DNA from: a bacterium
GTDB lineage: Bacteria > SAR324 > NAC60-12
Length of the DNA: 64,000 nt
Direction of reading: 5' to 3'
Assembly (NCBI GenBank): GCA_965209155.1
Contig: OZ242383.1
Location: 765,236-829,235, forward strand
Made by a program: the position numbers and the translations under genes. Below the pieces are notes generated by a model that saw only the letters and a list, made by a program, of their open reading frames with translations, had not been told where the DNA came from and ran no database searches. Of this stretch, positions 20,572-31,079 are shown piece after piece (position 1 is the stretch's first letter; every line of letters begins with the position of its first letter).

Positions 20572-22794
20572 ATGAAACTCAATAAAAAGGTCATACTCCG
20601 CGTCTTGGAGCACAGTGGAGCGCCTTTGGATTTGAAACAAATTCGACACCGCCTGGGAATCAACAGGCGGCGACAGGCGAAGCTCGAGGCCATGCTCCGC
20701 GCGTTGATTCATAAAAATAAAATTGAACGGAACGGCGGCGCATTCTTCCTGGCCGGCAAGTGTACTTCCCTCTCACCTTCACCAGCGTCTTCCCTGAAAA
20801 AGATACCCGAGGAGCAACCGATTCCTTCCGGGACGACGGGCATTTTTTGCAAGTCGCCTCGGGGGTTCGGATTCGTCAGCATGGCGAAGGGGCAGGATGT
20901 TTATGTTTCTCCCAAAGATCAAAATGGGGCAATGGATGGCGACCGGGTAGTGGTCCTCCTCAGCAAAAGCCGGCGTTCCGGCAAACGGAAAGGGAAAATC
21001 ACGGGGATCGTGGAAAAAAAATCTCAACCTTTTTTAGCGCGTCTCGTGCGGGGCAAACGAATGACGCTGGCCTTGCCGCTCAATAACCATTCCGGACTGC
21101 CGCCTGTCGTCATACTGCCGCAAGACGATCTGCCGGCAGCGAGTTCGGGAGATTGGATTGCGGGAATCTCAATCTCATCCCCTGGTCATTCGAAAAACGT
21201 CTATGGAAAAATCTTAAAAGTACTTCCCGCGGAAAGTGAGGATGAGTTGGCCTTTGATTTGATTTTGACGGAAAATCAGATTGCCACGGAATTTTCAAAA
21301 AAAGCGCAGAGAGAAGCGAAAAAATTTTCCCGGCGCGTGTTCTTCCATGTCGATTCGGGTCGCCATGATTTACGAGCTTTGGCATTCGTCACGATTGACG
21401 GGAAAGATGCCAGGGATTTTGATGACGCGGTTTACGTGGAAAAGAAGCGCTCCGGTACTTTCCGCCTCTACGTCTCGATTGCGGATGTTGCGCATTACGT
21501 CCGTGTCGATGCGCCCATTGATCAAGATGCTTTTCAACGGGGCACCAGCGTCTATTTTTCCTCTCATGCCGTTCCCATGCTTCCGGAAATTTTGTCGAAT
21601 GATCTGTGCAGTTTGCGTCCCGGAGTCAACCGCCTCACGCTCACCTGTGAAATGGAAATAGACGGGGGTGGCCAGTTGATCGATTATTCGATCTATGAGA
21701 GCGTCATTCGCAGCCAGGCTCGATTAAATTATGAAGACGTGTCAGCCTTTCTGGAAGGCAGGCCCTGCGGAATCCGCAGCAAAAAAATTCGCGATTCCCT
21801 GGGGGTCATGGTCGAATTGTCTGAATTGCTCGCACGCATGCGACACCGGCGAGGCGCTATTGATTTTAACTTACACGACTACAGCGTGGAATTCGACGGA
21901 AAAGGAGAAGTTTCAGCTTTTCGTAAAGAATTTCAATCGCTTTCCATGCGACTCATCGAACAGTTCATGTTGCAGGCCAACGAAACGATTGCCCTGCATT
22001 GTCTCCGTTTCGATTTACCTGCGCTTTACCGTGTCCATAACGAGCCGGACCCGTTCAAATTGGAAAAAATGCGGAATGTCTTCCTTCACCTTGGACTTTC
22101 CGACAAGGTCGGTTCATACCGTCATCCCGGAAAAATCAATCACTTTCTGCGCAAATTGAAAGATCATCCCCTACGCCATCAAATTCAGTTCATGCTCTTG
22201 AAGAGTATGGCGTTGGCTTGTTATCGTACCCGCAACAAAGGGCATTTTGGTCTGGCCGTCAAACATTATACCCATTTCACGTCTCCCATCAGGCGTTACC
22301 CGGACCTGATCGTACACCGCGCACTGAAGTCGAAATTGGAAGCGGATCGCCAGAAGAATCCCTGCCAGCGGAAGACGATTCCCGAGGAAGTGGCGGAACA
22401 CTTGTCTCAACAGGAAAGAAAAGCGGAGAAAGCGGAGCGACAAAGTTTCGAATTGCTCAAAACCATTTATATGGAACGATTCCTGGGAGAACGGTTCAAA
22501 GCGCGGGTGATCGCCGTGGATTCGGCAGGGCTGACCATTGAATTGCCGGATCATCATATTGAGTGCTTTCTTTCCCTGGAAGCGCTCCATGATGATTATT
22601 ATCATTTCCACCAAAGCGGGTTATCCTTGTATGGTCAAAACAGGAATCGTCTCGTACAAGCGGGGAGCATGCTGCAGCTACGTTTGATAAGCACCGATCG
22701 GATCCGGCGCACTATCGAGTTTCGCCTCGAGCGCTGGCTTGATAAGTCGGTCTTTTATTCACAAGTGGCCTCGGGTTCGAAACAACACGCGTGA
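20572..22794 (+). CDS. rnr: Ribonuclease R
   Basis: N-terminal winged-helix/cold-shock-like region, RNB motif HFGLAVKHYTHFTSPIRRYPDLIVHRAL, and a C-terminal S1-like segment (FKARVIAVDSAGLTIEL). Confidence 0.9.
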   Translation: MKLNKKVILRVLEHSGAPLDLKQIRHRLGINRRRQAKLEAMLRALIHKNKIERNGGAFFLAGKCTSLSPSPASSLKKIPEEQPIPSGTTGIFCKSPRGFGFVSMAKGQDVYVSPKDQNGAMDGDRVVVLLSKSRRSGKRKGKITGIVEKKSQPFLARLVRGKRMTLALPLNNHSGLPPVVILPQDDLPAASSGDWIAGISISSPGHSKNVYGKILKVLPAESEDELAFDLILTENQIATEFSKKAQREAKKFSRRVFFHVDSGRHDLRALAFVTIDGKDARDFDDAVYVEKKRSGTFRLYVSIADVAHYVRVDAPIDQDAFQRGTSVYFSSHAVPMLPEILSNDLCSLRPGVNRLTLTCEMEIDGGGQLIDYSIYESVIRSQARLNYEDVSAFLEGRPCGIRSKKIRDSLGVMVELSELLARMRHRRGAIDFNLHDYSVEFDGKGEVSAFRKEFQSLSMRLIEQFMLQANETIALHCLRFDLPALYRVHNEPDPFKLEKMRNVFLHLGLSDKVGSYRHPGKINHFLRKLKDHPLRHQIQFMLLKSMALACYRTRNKGHFGLAVKHYTHFTSPIRRYPDLIVHRALKSKLEADRQKNPCQRKTIPEEVAEHLSQQERKAEKAERQSFELLKTIYMERFLGERFKARVIAVDSAGLTIELPDHHIECFLSLEALHDDYYHFHQSGLSLYGQNRNRLVQAGSMLQLRLISTDRIRRTIEFRLERWLDKSVFYSQVASGSKQHA

Positions 22795-23103
22795 TGAAAT
22801 ATTCTACACCATTACCATCAATCGCCAGACATGAGTCTCTCGTCACGCGAATCGTTTCCTCACCATCCATCGAATTCGCTTGACAGGGGTTTTCAAAGGA
22901 ACGATAGAAGGGAAAATATTTCCGAATCAGCGCAATTGGAAAGCAACTCGAGTGCAGTTGCGCTTCAAACTCAAATTGTCAGAAGAGACTGGAAAGGTGT
23001 TGGGGCCTATAGTGCTCATTTTTCGCGGATTCGAATGCGGCGATTGGTTGGATTTTGATCTTTCCGGAACCCTGGCGCGTTTGAACCCGCCCACCAAACG
23101 TAC

Positions 23104-24147
23104 GTGTTCATGAAAGTATCCCCTGCCAGAATCGCATTGTTTTTCACATTTTCTTTTATTTTCGTCGCAGGCCTCGTGTTCTGGGAAACTCACACCTTTC
23201 TAAACAATCCCGTATCCGATCTCGAAGAATCCGTTTCCAAAGTCATCGTAATACCTCCGGGAGCGGGATTCGGACAGGTTGTGCGTATCTTGTCGGAAAA
23301 TAACCTGATCAATCAGCCGTTATATTTTCATATATTGGCTTATCACCAGGATGCCTTCTCCCAAATCCAGGCTGGAGAATTCGAGATACGGAGCCACTGG
23401 ACCCCCAATCAGTTACTCGATTTCCTGGTTGAAGGACGTCCTCGATCGCACCGCGTCACCATTCCGGAAGGTTTGGTTTTCGAGGAGATTGCGGCGCGGT
23501 TGGTGAAAGCGGGATTCGGTGAAATGGAGACTTACCTGGCTTTGAAAACCAGCCCGCCCTTGCGGGAACAGGTCGAGATCGCTCCATCTGCGGGCATCCC
23601 GGTAGTTCCCTCCCTGGAAGGATTTTTATATCCCGAAACCTACTTCTTCAGCAAAAATACCTCTGAACGAAATATCCTGACCACCATGATTGAAGAGTTC
23701 AATCGGAATTATTCCGGAGCCCATCGTCAAAGAGCCATCGAGTTGGGGCTCAGCGATTATGAAGTGATCACCCTGGCATCCATCATCGAAAAAGAGACGG
23801 CATTGGAGCAGGAACGTTATCTGGTTTCCGCTGTCTTTCACAACCGCTTGCAAAGGAAGATGCGGCTCGAAAGCGACCCCACCGTTATTTACGGCCTCGA
23901 GGATTTTGATGGGAACCTGACCCGGCGCCACTTGAAAACGCCAACGCCCTACAATACTTACGCAAAATTGGGATTGCCTCCCGGTCCCATTTGCAGCCCG
24001 GGAATAGCAGCCATCCACAGCACGCTTTATCCGGCGGAAGTGGACTATCTTTATTTTGTGGCTCGAGGCGATGGCAGCAGCCAGTTTTCCTCGAACTTGA
24101 AAAATCACAACAAAGCCGTGAAACTCTACCAGAAAAATCGTCGATGA
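23104..24147 (+). CDS. mltG: Endolytic murein transglycosylase MltG (YceG family)
   Basis: N-terminal TM helix, LASIIEKE, RLESDPTVIYG and NTYAKLGLPPGPICSPG. Confidence 0.9.
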   Translation: MFMKVSPARIALFFTFSFIFVAGLVFWETHTFLNNPVSDLEESVSKVIVIPPGAGFGQVVRILSENNLINQPLYFHILAYHQDAFSQIQAGEFEIRSHWTPNQLLDFLVEGRPRSHRVTIPEGLVFEEIAARLVKAGFGEMETYLALKTSPPLREQVEIAPSAGIPVVPSLEGFLYPETYFFSKNTSERNILTTMIEEFNRNYSGAHRQRAIELGLSDYEVITLASIIEKETALEQERYLVSAVFHNRLQRKMRLESDPTVIYGLEDFDGNLTRRHLKTPTPYNTYAKLGLPPGPICSPGIAAIHSTLYPAEVDYLYFVARGDGSSQFSSNLKNHNKAVKLYQKNRR

Positions 24148-24378
24148 AACTCTGCGTCTCCTGGAGAATCGACACTGTCGGCACTCCATCGATAACCGGC
24201 ACAAATTCCACGCTTGCCTCTGGCAATTCGCCTGACAATGGCCCTCAAAAAAGAAAACGACCTCGTCTCCGGCGTCTTGGAACTCAACTTACCCCTGTCC
24301 TTGCAACAATGATAAAGGGGTCGGGTAGCGCGAGAGGTTACCCAACCAGCCCCGCTTTTCCGCAATAAATTGATTTTA

Positions 24379-27060
24379 TCAAGGTTCCAGGGATTCTAAA
24401 AGAATGTTTTGCGCACGCTCATAAGTTGGAGCGATTTCAAGGGCAGACAGCACGGTAATTTTAGCTTTCGCTTTCTGGCCTCCCTCTAAAAAGGCCCAGG
24501 CAAGATCGGCGTATGCTCTGGCCGGATCGCTCTTATCCAGAATTACCAGGATTTGGTACTCCCGGATGGCTGATGGATAATCTTTTTGCTCCAGAGAAAT
24601 TTCAGCCAGCATTTTATGCACGTTTTCATCATATGGATTCACTTCCAGCGCCCGTTCCAAATAGTAAATCGCCAAATCATAATTTTTCTTTTGATAGGCT
24701 GACTGCGCCAACTCGAATGAGGCATTGAAGGCAAGTTGTTGGAAAGACACCCATTTTTCCAGTTCTTTGAGTCGGGCTTCAGAATTCCCTTGAATCTGAT
24801 AAATTTCAGCTAGAACTTGATGAGGACTGGGAACTCCACTGTATTCGGGGAGCAGTTTCTGAGCCTGCTGCAAGTGTTCAACCGCCTCTTCATAGGATTT
24901 ACTGTGATAAAGTAGAATTCCCAATTGGAAATGCGCCAGAAAATCACGAGGCTGCGCCTTGATTCGCGTTCGCATGATTTCCATGATGGCTTCCTTGTTG
25001 GGACGTTCAGGCAGGGATGAAAATGAATTGCGGCGCATACCATGCCCATGACCACTCAGCTCGTCGTTTGGATCTTCACGGTAGACATAGACGTCGATTT
25101 TCTCAACCCTCGCTTCTGCCCATTTATAAAACGATTCATCGAACACATCGAGGGATTTTTGGAAAACCTTTTGGAAAATTGTTTCCATAGGTCGATAGGC
25201 ACGATATTGCGCGATCAGGGAGAGCAACCGGTCAAATCCATAGGTTTCTATGATATGTTCCACAACCAGAGACGATTGATAATATGCAAAATTCAACTCT
25301 TCAACGGATTTTGCTTTGGTAAATCCTTCGTTGAGCCCTTTCATGGGGAAGAGTCGTTTTTCCTCGATGGCTCGCACGAGGTCCAACTCCTGTTTGCGTC
25401 CCCATTCGGGACGGCCCTGGTGTTCTTCGTAAACGGAAATACCTTCCGAAAGCCAACGGGGAATTCGATTATCGGTCATTTGTAGAGTGATCACATGTAC
25501 GAATTCATGCCAGAGGATTTCCTTCCAATTGGCCAGGTTTTTCTCTTTGAAGGTAACCGGGGAAGTCATGGTGATCACATTTCCGAAACAGACCGCAAGT
25601 AAGGGGCCAATATAGGGCAGGCCAATAGTACGAACGGCGAAATCCTCTTTTTTATGAAAAATTTCGATGAGAATGGGCCCTTGGGGAGTGAAACGGTATT
25701 TTTCAGTAAGCGTGTCCCATGCTTCGTCCAGTAACGGTTCGAGGTAAGGCCAGAGTATATCGGCTTCACTTCCATGCATACGAACGACGAAATGGTCACT
25801 TTGCCTTGTTTCAAAATCTGCCAGTACGTCCAGAACGTCAAGCATGTTCAGAGTGAGCGCATTGAACGGATCTTGTTCAAAGCTGTATTCCAAATGGACT
25901 CGTCCTTCTTCCTCTTTACCGAGCCTCAGGAGGTTGGTTCCCAGAATCGTATGGCTATTCCAATGTCGGGGATCGGTTTGAATTGCCGAACGGGCCATAG
26001 AAACGGCTTCCTGGAATAGATACTTTTTCCCCAGGATTTCGGCGATATCCGCATAGAATGATCCGTAGTTGGAATTGACACCTTCGACCTCCGCGCGAAT
26101 TTGCTCGAATCCGTTCTTATTGTCTGTCAAAAAGGCGACAGCAGCCTCCAGGGTGCGGGCATGCAGGGATTCCGAATTAATGAGCAGGATTTGGTTCAGC
26201 AATGCGAGCGCTTCGTTGTATCGACCGTCTTCCAGGGCGATTTCTACCAGGACCAGCAATGCGGGGACGGAATATTTATTGACGGCAAGAGCATCCACCA
26301 GCATTGCTTTTGCATGGTTACCATGGAGTAATTTCGCCATACCCACCAAAGCCGGGACATAATTACTATTTCGTTGCAGCACGATGCTGAAAGATTTCCG
26401 GGCTTCGCTTTCATTGTATTTTTCCAGAAACAATTCTCCCCAAAGTACCTGGATTTCAAGGTTATCCGGATCCACACGGACGGCTTCCCAGAACAATTGG
26501 TTGGCATCATGATAACTTTCCAACTCCCATGCAGCTACTGCTACCATGGCAATCGACTCTCCTTCAAAGACGAGCCCTTCATTGTATTGCTCGATTGCTT
26601 TCTCAAAGTAAAAAATCGCTTGTTGACGATTCCCTCGCTGTTTGAGCAATTTCCCATACTGCACTTGTCCGCGGATAGGTGGCTGAGGAGTGCTGACAAC
26701 TTCTTCGAGTAACTTCAGCGCTTCCCCGGATCGCCCGGTCAGGATCAAGATTTCCGCGAGTTGGATGGCTACTGCTGAATGGTGCCCGGATGATTCCAAT
26801 GATTGGCGACAAATCGCTTCCGCCTGCTCGTAATCCCCAATCATGGCCCAGGTTCGACTTGCTCCTACGATTCCGTTGATTCGCTCTTGACCTTTGGTCT
26901 TTTGATAATTTTCCAGCGCTTCCGTGTAAGCGCCTCTCTGAAAATACAGATTTGCGCGAGTTAATGGGGTTTCCTGGCCCAATACGGGATCAGGGAGGAA
27001 CAAATGCATCGTTCCGCCGAGGAGCAGGAAGAAAAACAAACCGGAACGAAGACATGCCAT
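24379..27060 (-). CDS. Secreted TPR-repeat protein with central HExxH (MA-clan-like) metallopeptidase domain
   Basis: Signal peptide. TPR-like repeats at both ends. WHEFVHVITLQ followed by WLSEGISVYEE (HExxH plus a downstream Glu). Confidence 0.7.
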   Translation of the reverse strand: MACLRSGLFFFLLLGGTMHLFLPDPVLGQETPLTRANLYFQRGAYTEALENYQKTKGQERINGIVGASRTWAMIGDYEQAEAICRQSLESSGHHSAVAIQLAEILILTGRSGEALKLLEEVVSTPQPPIRGQVQYGKLLKQRGNRQQAIFYFEKAIEQYNEGLVFEGESIAMVAVAAWELESYHDANQLFWEAVRVDPDNLEIQVLWGELFLEKYNESEARKSFSIVLQRNSNYVPALVGMAKLLHGNHAKAMLVDALAVNKYSVPALLVLVEIALEDGRYNEALALLNQILLINSESLHARTLEAAVAFLTDNKNGFEQIRAEVEGVNSNYGSFYADIAEILGKKYLFQEAVSMARSAIQTDPRHWNSHTILGTNLLRLGKEEEGRVHLEYSFEQDPFNALTLNMLDVLDVLADFETRQSDHFVVRMHGSEADILWPYLEPLLDEAWDTLTEKYRFTPQGPILIEIFHKKEDFAVRTIGLPYIGPLLAVCFGNVITMTSPVTFKEKNLANWKEILWHEFVHVITLQMTDNRIPRWLSEGISVYEEHQGRPEWGRKQELDLVRAIEEKRLFPMKGLNEGFTKAKSVEELNFAYYQSSLVVEHIIETYGFDRLLSLIAQYRAYRPMETIFQKVFQKSLDVFDESFYKWAEARVEKIDVYVYREDPNDELSGHGHGMRRNSFSSLPERPNKEAIMEIMRTRIKAQPRDFLAHFQLGILLYHSKSYEEAVEHLQQAQKLLPEYSGVPSPHQVLAEIYQIQGNSEARLKELEKWVSFQQLAFNASFELAQSAYQKKNYDLAIYYLERALEVNPYDENVHKMLAEISLEQKDYPSAIREYQILVILDKSDPARAYADLAWAFLEGGQKAKAKITVLSALEIAPTYERAQNILLESLEP

Positions 27061-27333
27061 ACTGAACCGCTTCGAAAAGGAATTTCGAACTCCATTGAGT
27101 TAAAGAATTATCGACTTCCCCAAAGTCTGGGAAAACCAATATTTTATTGCTCGCAACTCGAAGGGAATTCGATGCGAGGTGAACTGACTTGTTTATGTGA
27201 GAACTTCTGTGTTTGAATGGTTGAAATAATGTAACATCAGGAGTCAAGGTTGTCCAGTAAGTCTTCAAGCGGCAACGGATAACCAAGAGAAGACGGCCTC
27301 TGTTTGAATGTTTAACGTATTGTATAGGGAGAC

Positions 27334-27885
27334 ATGAAAAAGAATGATGCGATTCGTAAAAGTTATCTCCTTTTTTTGGGGGCGCTTGCTTGTAAGAAAT
27401 TTTTCGTCACTTCACTGCTGGCTTTGACACTCGGCTGGATAGGGTCATTACCCGGTAGCGTTGTCACCGCGAAGGATCAAAATAGTCTACCCGGAAAAAT
27501 TGGAGGGATCCTGGTGGAGGATGCCTGGGTCAGGTCTGTCCCTTTTTCTTCCAAACACACGGCCGCCTATATGATTTTGCGGAATCAAGGGGATGTGGAA
27601 GATCGTCTGCTCTCGATTCAATCCGATGTGGCTCAAGTGGTGGAAATGCACCAGGTGGTGAATGATGGAAACCTGGTGTCCATGCAGCCTGTCGAATTTA
27701 TTCTGGTGCCGGCTCACGAGATCACCGAACTCGAACCGGGAGGATACCACCTCATGTTGATCAACTTGCAGGGGGTTCTCGAGGAGGGAGAGCAGGTCTC
27801 CCTCACTTTACAATTCGAACACGCCGGAGATCTCACTCTGATGGTCGAGGTCCGGTCAGAAAAAATGAAAGATAAAAAGGAATAA
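27334..27885 (+). CDS. Periplasmic copper chaperone PCu(A)C (DUF461)
   Basis: AWVRSVP...AAYMILRNQG, VEMHQVV, MQPV, LEPGGYHLMLINL. Confidence 0.8.
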   Translation: MKKNDAIRKSYLLFLGALACKKFFVTSLLALTLGWIGSLPGSVVTAKDQNSLPGKIGGILVEDAWVRSVPFSSKHTAAYMILRNQGDVEDRLLSIQSDVAQVVEMHQVVNDGNLVSMQPVEFILVPAHEITELEPGGYHLMLINLQGVLEEGEQVSLTLQFEHAGDLTLMVEVRSEKMKDKKE

Positions 27886-28114
27886 TTTTTTGTCTTTGCG
27901 GAGCGATATTGAATGGCTTCCGTCACCAAATTGACATCCGGAATAAAAATTATGTTGACAAATTCCGAAAAACTCTATATTGATTGAGTGTTTCACAATT
28001 CCGGAGGTCGTTGCTCCCTGCGATATGTCAGGGATCTGTTTCGTTCTATTGTGAACAATAAAAGGACCGGTCAATCTCTATGACCGATTCTGAGCTATTT
28101 CTCATAAATAAGCT

Positions 28115-28295
28115 ATTCGTTGGGGGTGGAAAAGGCCACTGGACTTTTTCTGAGAAAAACCCTTGGAACCTGAACTGGATAATACCAGCGTAGGAAATGC
28201 GAAGGTACCTTCCATGTGGAATCGATCCCGAATCGATTGTTCCTCTCAAAATCACTCCCTCCGAATATTTTTCCTGTTCCATTCAATTCGGAGTA
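28115..28295 (+). promoter_or_regulatory. TPP (THI-box) riboswitch with SD-sequestering expression platform
   Basis: Core GGGGTGG...CTGAGA (28150-28155) ...ACCCTTGGAACCTGAACTGGATAATACCAGCGTAGGAA (to 28196). CTCCGAAT (28259-28266) can pair with ATTCGGAG (28286-28293), which contains the thiB Shine-Dalgarno. Confidence 0.9.
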
Positions 28296-28300
28296 ATCTC

Positions 28301-29305
28301 ATGTTTAAAAAATCATTTGTTGCCTCAATGGCATTGTTCGTTTTCGTTCTTGTTCCGCTTTTTGCAGCAGAGCTCACCATCTATACCTATGAATCTTTCA
28401 ACAGTAAATGGGGTCCGGGACCAACGGTTTTCAAACGATTCGAGGAAAGTTGCCAATGTCAACTCAAAATAGTGGCCCTTGGTGATGCCGGTTTGATGCT
28501 CAATCGCGTTATTCTGGAAAAAAAGAATCCCAAGGCCGATATTTTCCTGGGGCTCAATGACAGTCAGCTGGCAAAAGCCTTGTCGGCTGATATTTTTCTC
28601 TCCTATCGCTCTCCTTTATTGGAGAATGTAGCAGCCGCTCATCTCCTGGACAGTGAAAACCGCGTCACTCCCTTCGACTATGGGTACATCGCTTTCGTTT
28701 ATGATTCCGAGAAAATTACCAATCCTCCTCAAAGTCTGGAAGACTTGTTGAAAGAGGAGTATCAACAAAAAATCGTCATCGAGGACCCACGAACCTCTTC
28801 GCCTGGTCTTTCTTTTTTGCATTGGACCATTTCGGTTTTTGGGGAAGACGGCTTTATGGATTATTGGGAAAAACTGGAACCCAATCTATTGGCCATCACC
28901 TCCGGATGGTCGGCTGCTTATGGCATGTTCACCAAAGGCGAAACTCCGATTGTTTTGAGCTACGCCACCAGTCCCGCATACCATTTGGAATATGAAGACA
29001 CGGAACGCTATCGAGCTGCTGTTTTCCGTGAAGGACATTACCTGCAGGTCGAGGGGGCTGGGATCGTGAAGGGTACGGCAAACCTGGAGCTTGCCAGACA
29101 ATTCATCGATTTTATGCTATCTGATCAGTTTCAGGACGTCATTCCATTGACGAATTGGATGTTTCCGGTGATTCAATATCAATCCCTGCCCGAGTCCTTC
29201 AGGATTGCCATACAACCTGAAGCCGTAGAAAAAATAGAGGCGTCCCGAATCCATGAAAAAAATAAAATCTGGTTGAAGACATGGGAAAAGGGTCTTGGCA
29301 ACTGA
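28301..29305 (+). CDS. thiB: Thiamine ABC transporter periplasmic binding protein
   Basis: Signal peptide MFKKSFVASMALFVFVLVPLFA, then LTIYTYESFNSKWGPGP. GGAG 8 nt upstream. A TPP riboswitch lies upstream. The ORF-track start at 28163 lies inside the riboswitch. Confidence 0.85.
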   Translation: MFKKSFVASMALFVFVLVPLFAAELTIYTYESFNSKWGPGPTVFKRFEESCQCQLKIVALGDAGLMLNRVILEKKNPKADIFLGLNDSQLAKALSADIFLSYRSPLLENVAAAHLLDSENRVTPFDYGYIAFVYDSEKITNPPQSLEDLLKEEYQQKIVIEDPRTSSPGLSFLHWTISVFGEDGFMDYWEKLEPNLLAITSGWSAAYGMFTKGETPIVLSYATSPAYHLEYEDTERYRAAVFREGHYLQVEGAGIVKGTANLELARQFIDFMLSDQFQDVIPLTNWMFPVIQYQSLPESFRIAIQPEAVEKIEASRIHEKNKIWLKTWEKGLGN

Positions 29306-30981
29306 GCTTGTTCCAGGGAATCGTATGTTTATTTCTTTTTTCAGGGTTTTATCTCCCGTTGCTCAGTTTTTTCTTTGGAAAGAATCCTTTCGAGCCAGGA
29401 AAATATTTGCTGGATCTGAACTATTTGCTCGAATTCTTGAGTGATTCCTGGAATCTCCAGGTAATTTGGTTTTCTTTCTACCAGGCTTTTTGGAGCGCCA
29501 TCCTTGCAGTGCTTTTCGGCATTCCGGGAGCCTGGATCCTCAGCTGCTATGATTTTCCGGGGAAGCGTCTATTTCGCATACTTTTCTACCTGCCTTTCAT
29601 TCTGCCTTCCATCATCGTGGTTTTGGGAATGGTGCTTTTTTTCGGCAATAATGGGTTCGTCAACCAAACCTTACAGTGGATATTTGGAATGGAAGAACCT
29701 CCCTTTCAGTTCCTCTATTCGTTACAGGGGATTTTAATTGCCCACGTGTTTTACAATTTCCCCATTGCCATGAAAACCCTGAGTGACCATTGGGAACGGC
29801 TCTCCCCCCAATACGGTATGGTCGCCCGGTCCTTAGGGGCAAGCCGCCTTAAAACACTTTTTCGAGTTCACCTGCCTTTGATGATTCCCTCACTCGTTTC
29901 CGCGTTCGTCTTGATCTTTCTCCTCTGTTTGAACAGTTTTGCCATCATTCTGGTGCTCGGTGGGGGAGTACGTTACACGAACATCGAAGTTTTGATTTAC
30001 CAACTGGCCCGAATCCACCTGGATTTCAATGGGGCCACTTCGCTGGCATTTCTGCAACTGGTGATGAGCCTGTTTTTTTTATTTTTTTTATTCCGGAAAA
30101 TGGAATACCCGGTGGGACAGGGAATCAACACGAAAAAAAATTTGATGCGGGAATCTCGAGCAGGATCGCAAGCAGCTATCTTTTCCTGCATATGGCTGGT
30201 TTTCATTATTGCTTTTGCTTTTGGTCCTTTGATATCTATCGTGGTCGATTCTTTTCGCGCCTTTGAAAACAACCAGTGGAACTTCACCACCAGGTGGTAC
30301 CGGCAATTGTTCGAATGGAGTCCACAAAACACTTTTCTGTCCGCCCTTTGGAATTCATTGAAAATCGGACTGTCGAGCGCTTGCCTCTCTTCATTATTGG
30401 GATTGGGAATGGCCTCCATCATCCACCTGAAAAAGGGCGTCCCTCGAAAATTGTGGGAATTGGCTGCTCTGTTTCCGATAGGGGTTTCGACCGTTATTTT
30501 GGGAGTGGTTTGGTTCGTATTCTTCCAGGATGTATTAATCGACTATATCCCGTTGACTTTGATATTGATTTTGATCCACGCCATTTTGACGTTTCCCTAT
30601 TGGATCCGGGTGGTACTGCCCGCGCTGGACTCGATTCCTCCGAGGTGGTTGATGGTTTCTCAAACCCTGGGAAAGACGCCCGTTTATTTTTACCTGAAAA
30701 TTTTAATTCCCTGGTTGAAACGAGTGTTGGTTATCGGATTTTTCTTTTCTTTTTCTTTGTCTCTGGGAGAACTCAATTCGACGTTGATGGTTGCCGACGA
30801 ATCCTTGCAAACATTGCCCCTGGAAATTTACAGGGCCATAGCAGGCTATCGATTTTCATTTGCATCCGCAGTGGGCGTGATGCTTTTGATCCTGACGGTA
30901 GTGGTCTTCACGCTCATCGAAGAGTGGACGCGCCAGGATACCCACTCGGTCCATGCGCAAAAATTTGCTCCACTGAACTGA
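29281..30981 (+). CDS. thiP: Thiamine ABC transporter permease (duplicated permease domains)
   Basis: 566-aa polytopic protein with two MetI-like halves. Overlaps the thiB end. Confidence 0.8.
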   Translation: MGKGSWQLSLFQGIVCLFLFSGFYLPLLSFFFGKNPFEPGKYLLDLNYLLEFLSDSWNLQVIWFSFYQAFWSAILAVLFGIPGAWILSCYDFPGKRLFRILFYLPFILPSIIVVLGMVLFFGNNGFVNQTLQWIFGMEEPPFQFLYSLQGILIAHVFYNFPIAMKTLSDHWERLSPQYGMVARSLGASRLKTLFRVHLPLMIPSLVSAFVLIFLLCLNSFAIILVLGGGVRYTNIEVLIYQLARIHLDFNGATSLAFLQLVMSLFFLFFLFRKMEYPVGQGINTKKNLMRESRAGSQAAIFSCIWLVFIIAFAFGPLISIVVDSFRAFENNQWNFTTRWYRQLFEWSPQNTFLSALWNSLKIGLSSACLSSLLGLGMASIIHLKKGVPRKLWELAALFPIGVSTVILGVVWFVFFQDVLIDYIPLTLILILIHAILTFPYWIRVVLPALDSIPPRWLMVSQTLGKTPVYFYLKILIPWLKRVLVIGFFFSFSLSLGELNSTLMVADESLQTLPLEIYRAIAGYRFSFASAVGVMLLILTVVVFTLIEEWTRQDTHSVHAQKFAPLN

Positions 30982-31079
30982 GGAATGTTGATTCCGGACT
31001 AGTAGACGGCGCGTTTTTTGTAGATGTGTGGGAAAGCTGCCGGTGACGGACTCGACCTGAAATCGAATAGGCGCTTATG

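Noticed and set aside
22795-23103. The 309-nt rnr-mltG spacer might encode a 6S-like or other structured sRNA, or one of the 75-88-aa ORFs.
   Set aside because: Only one 9-bp long-range pairing could be drawn by hand, and no extended closing helices. The ORFs overlap each other in three frames and have no RBS or motif. Left unannotated; a covariance-model scan would be needed.
24148-24378. GGGGTCGGGTAGCGCGAGAGG near 24315 resembles the start of a tRNA. ORFs 23991..24368(+) and 24126..24365(-) are also present.
   Set aside because: No D, anticodon or T arms can be completed before the TPR gene stop. Both ORFs overlap the ends of convergent genes and look like chance frames in GC-richer DNA.
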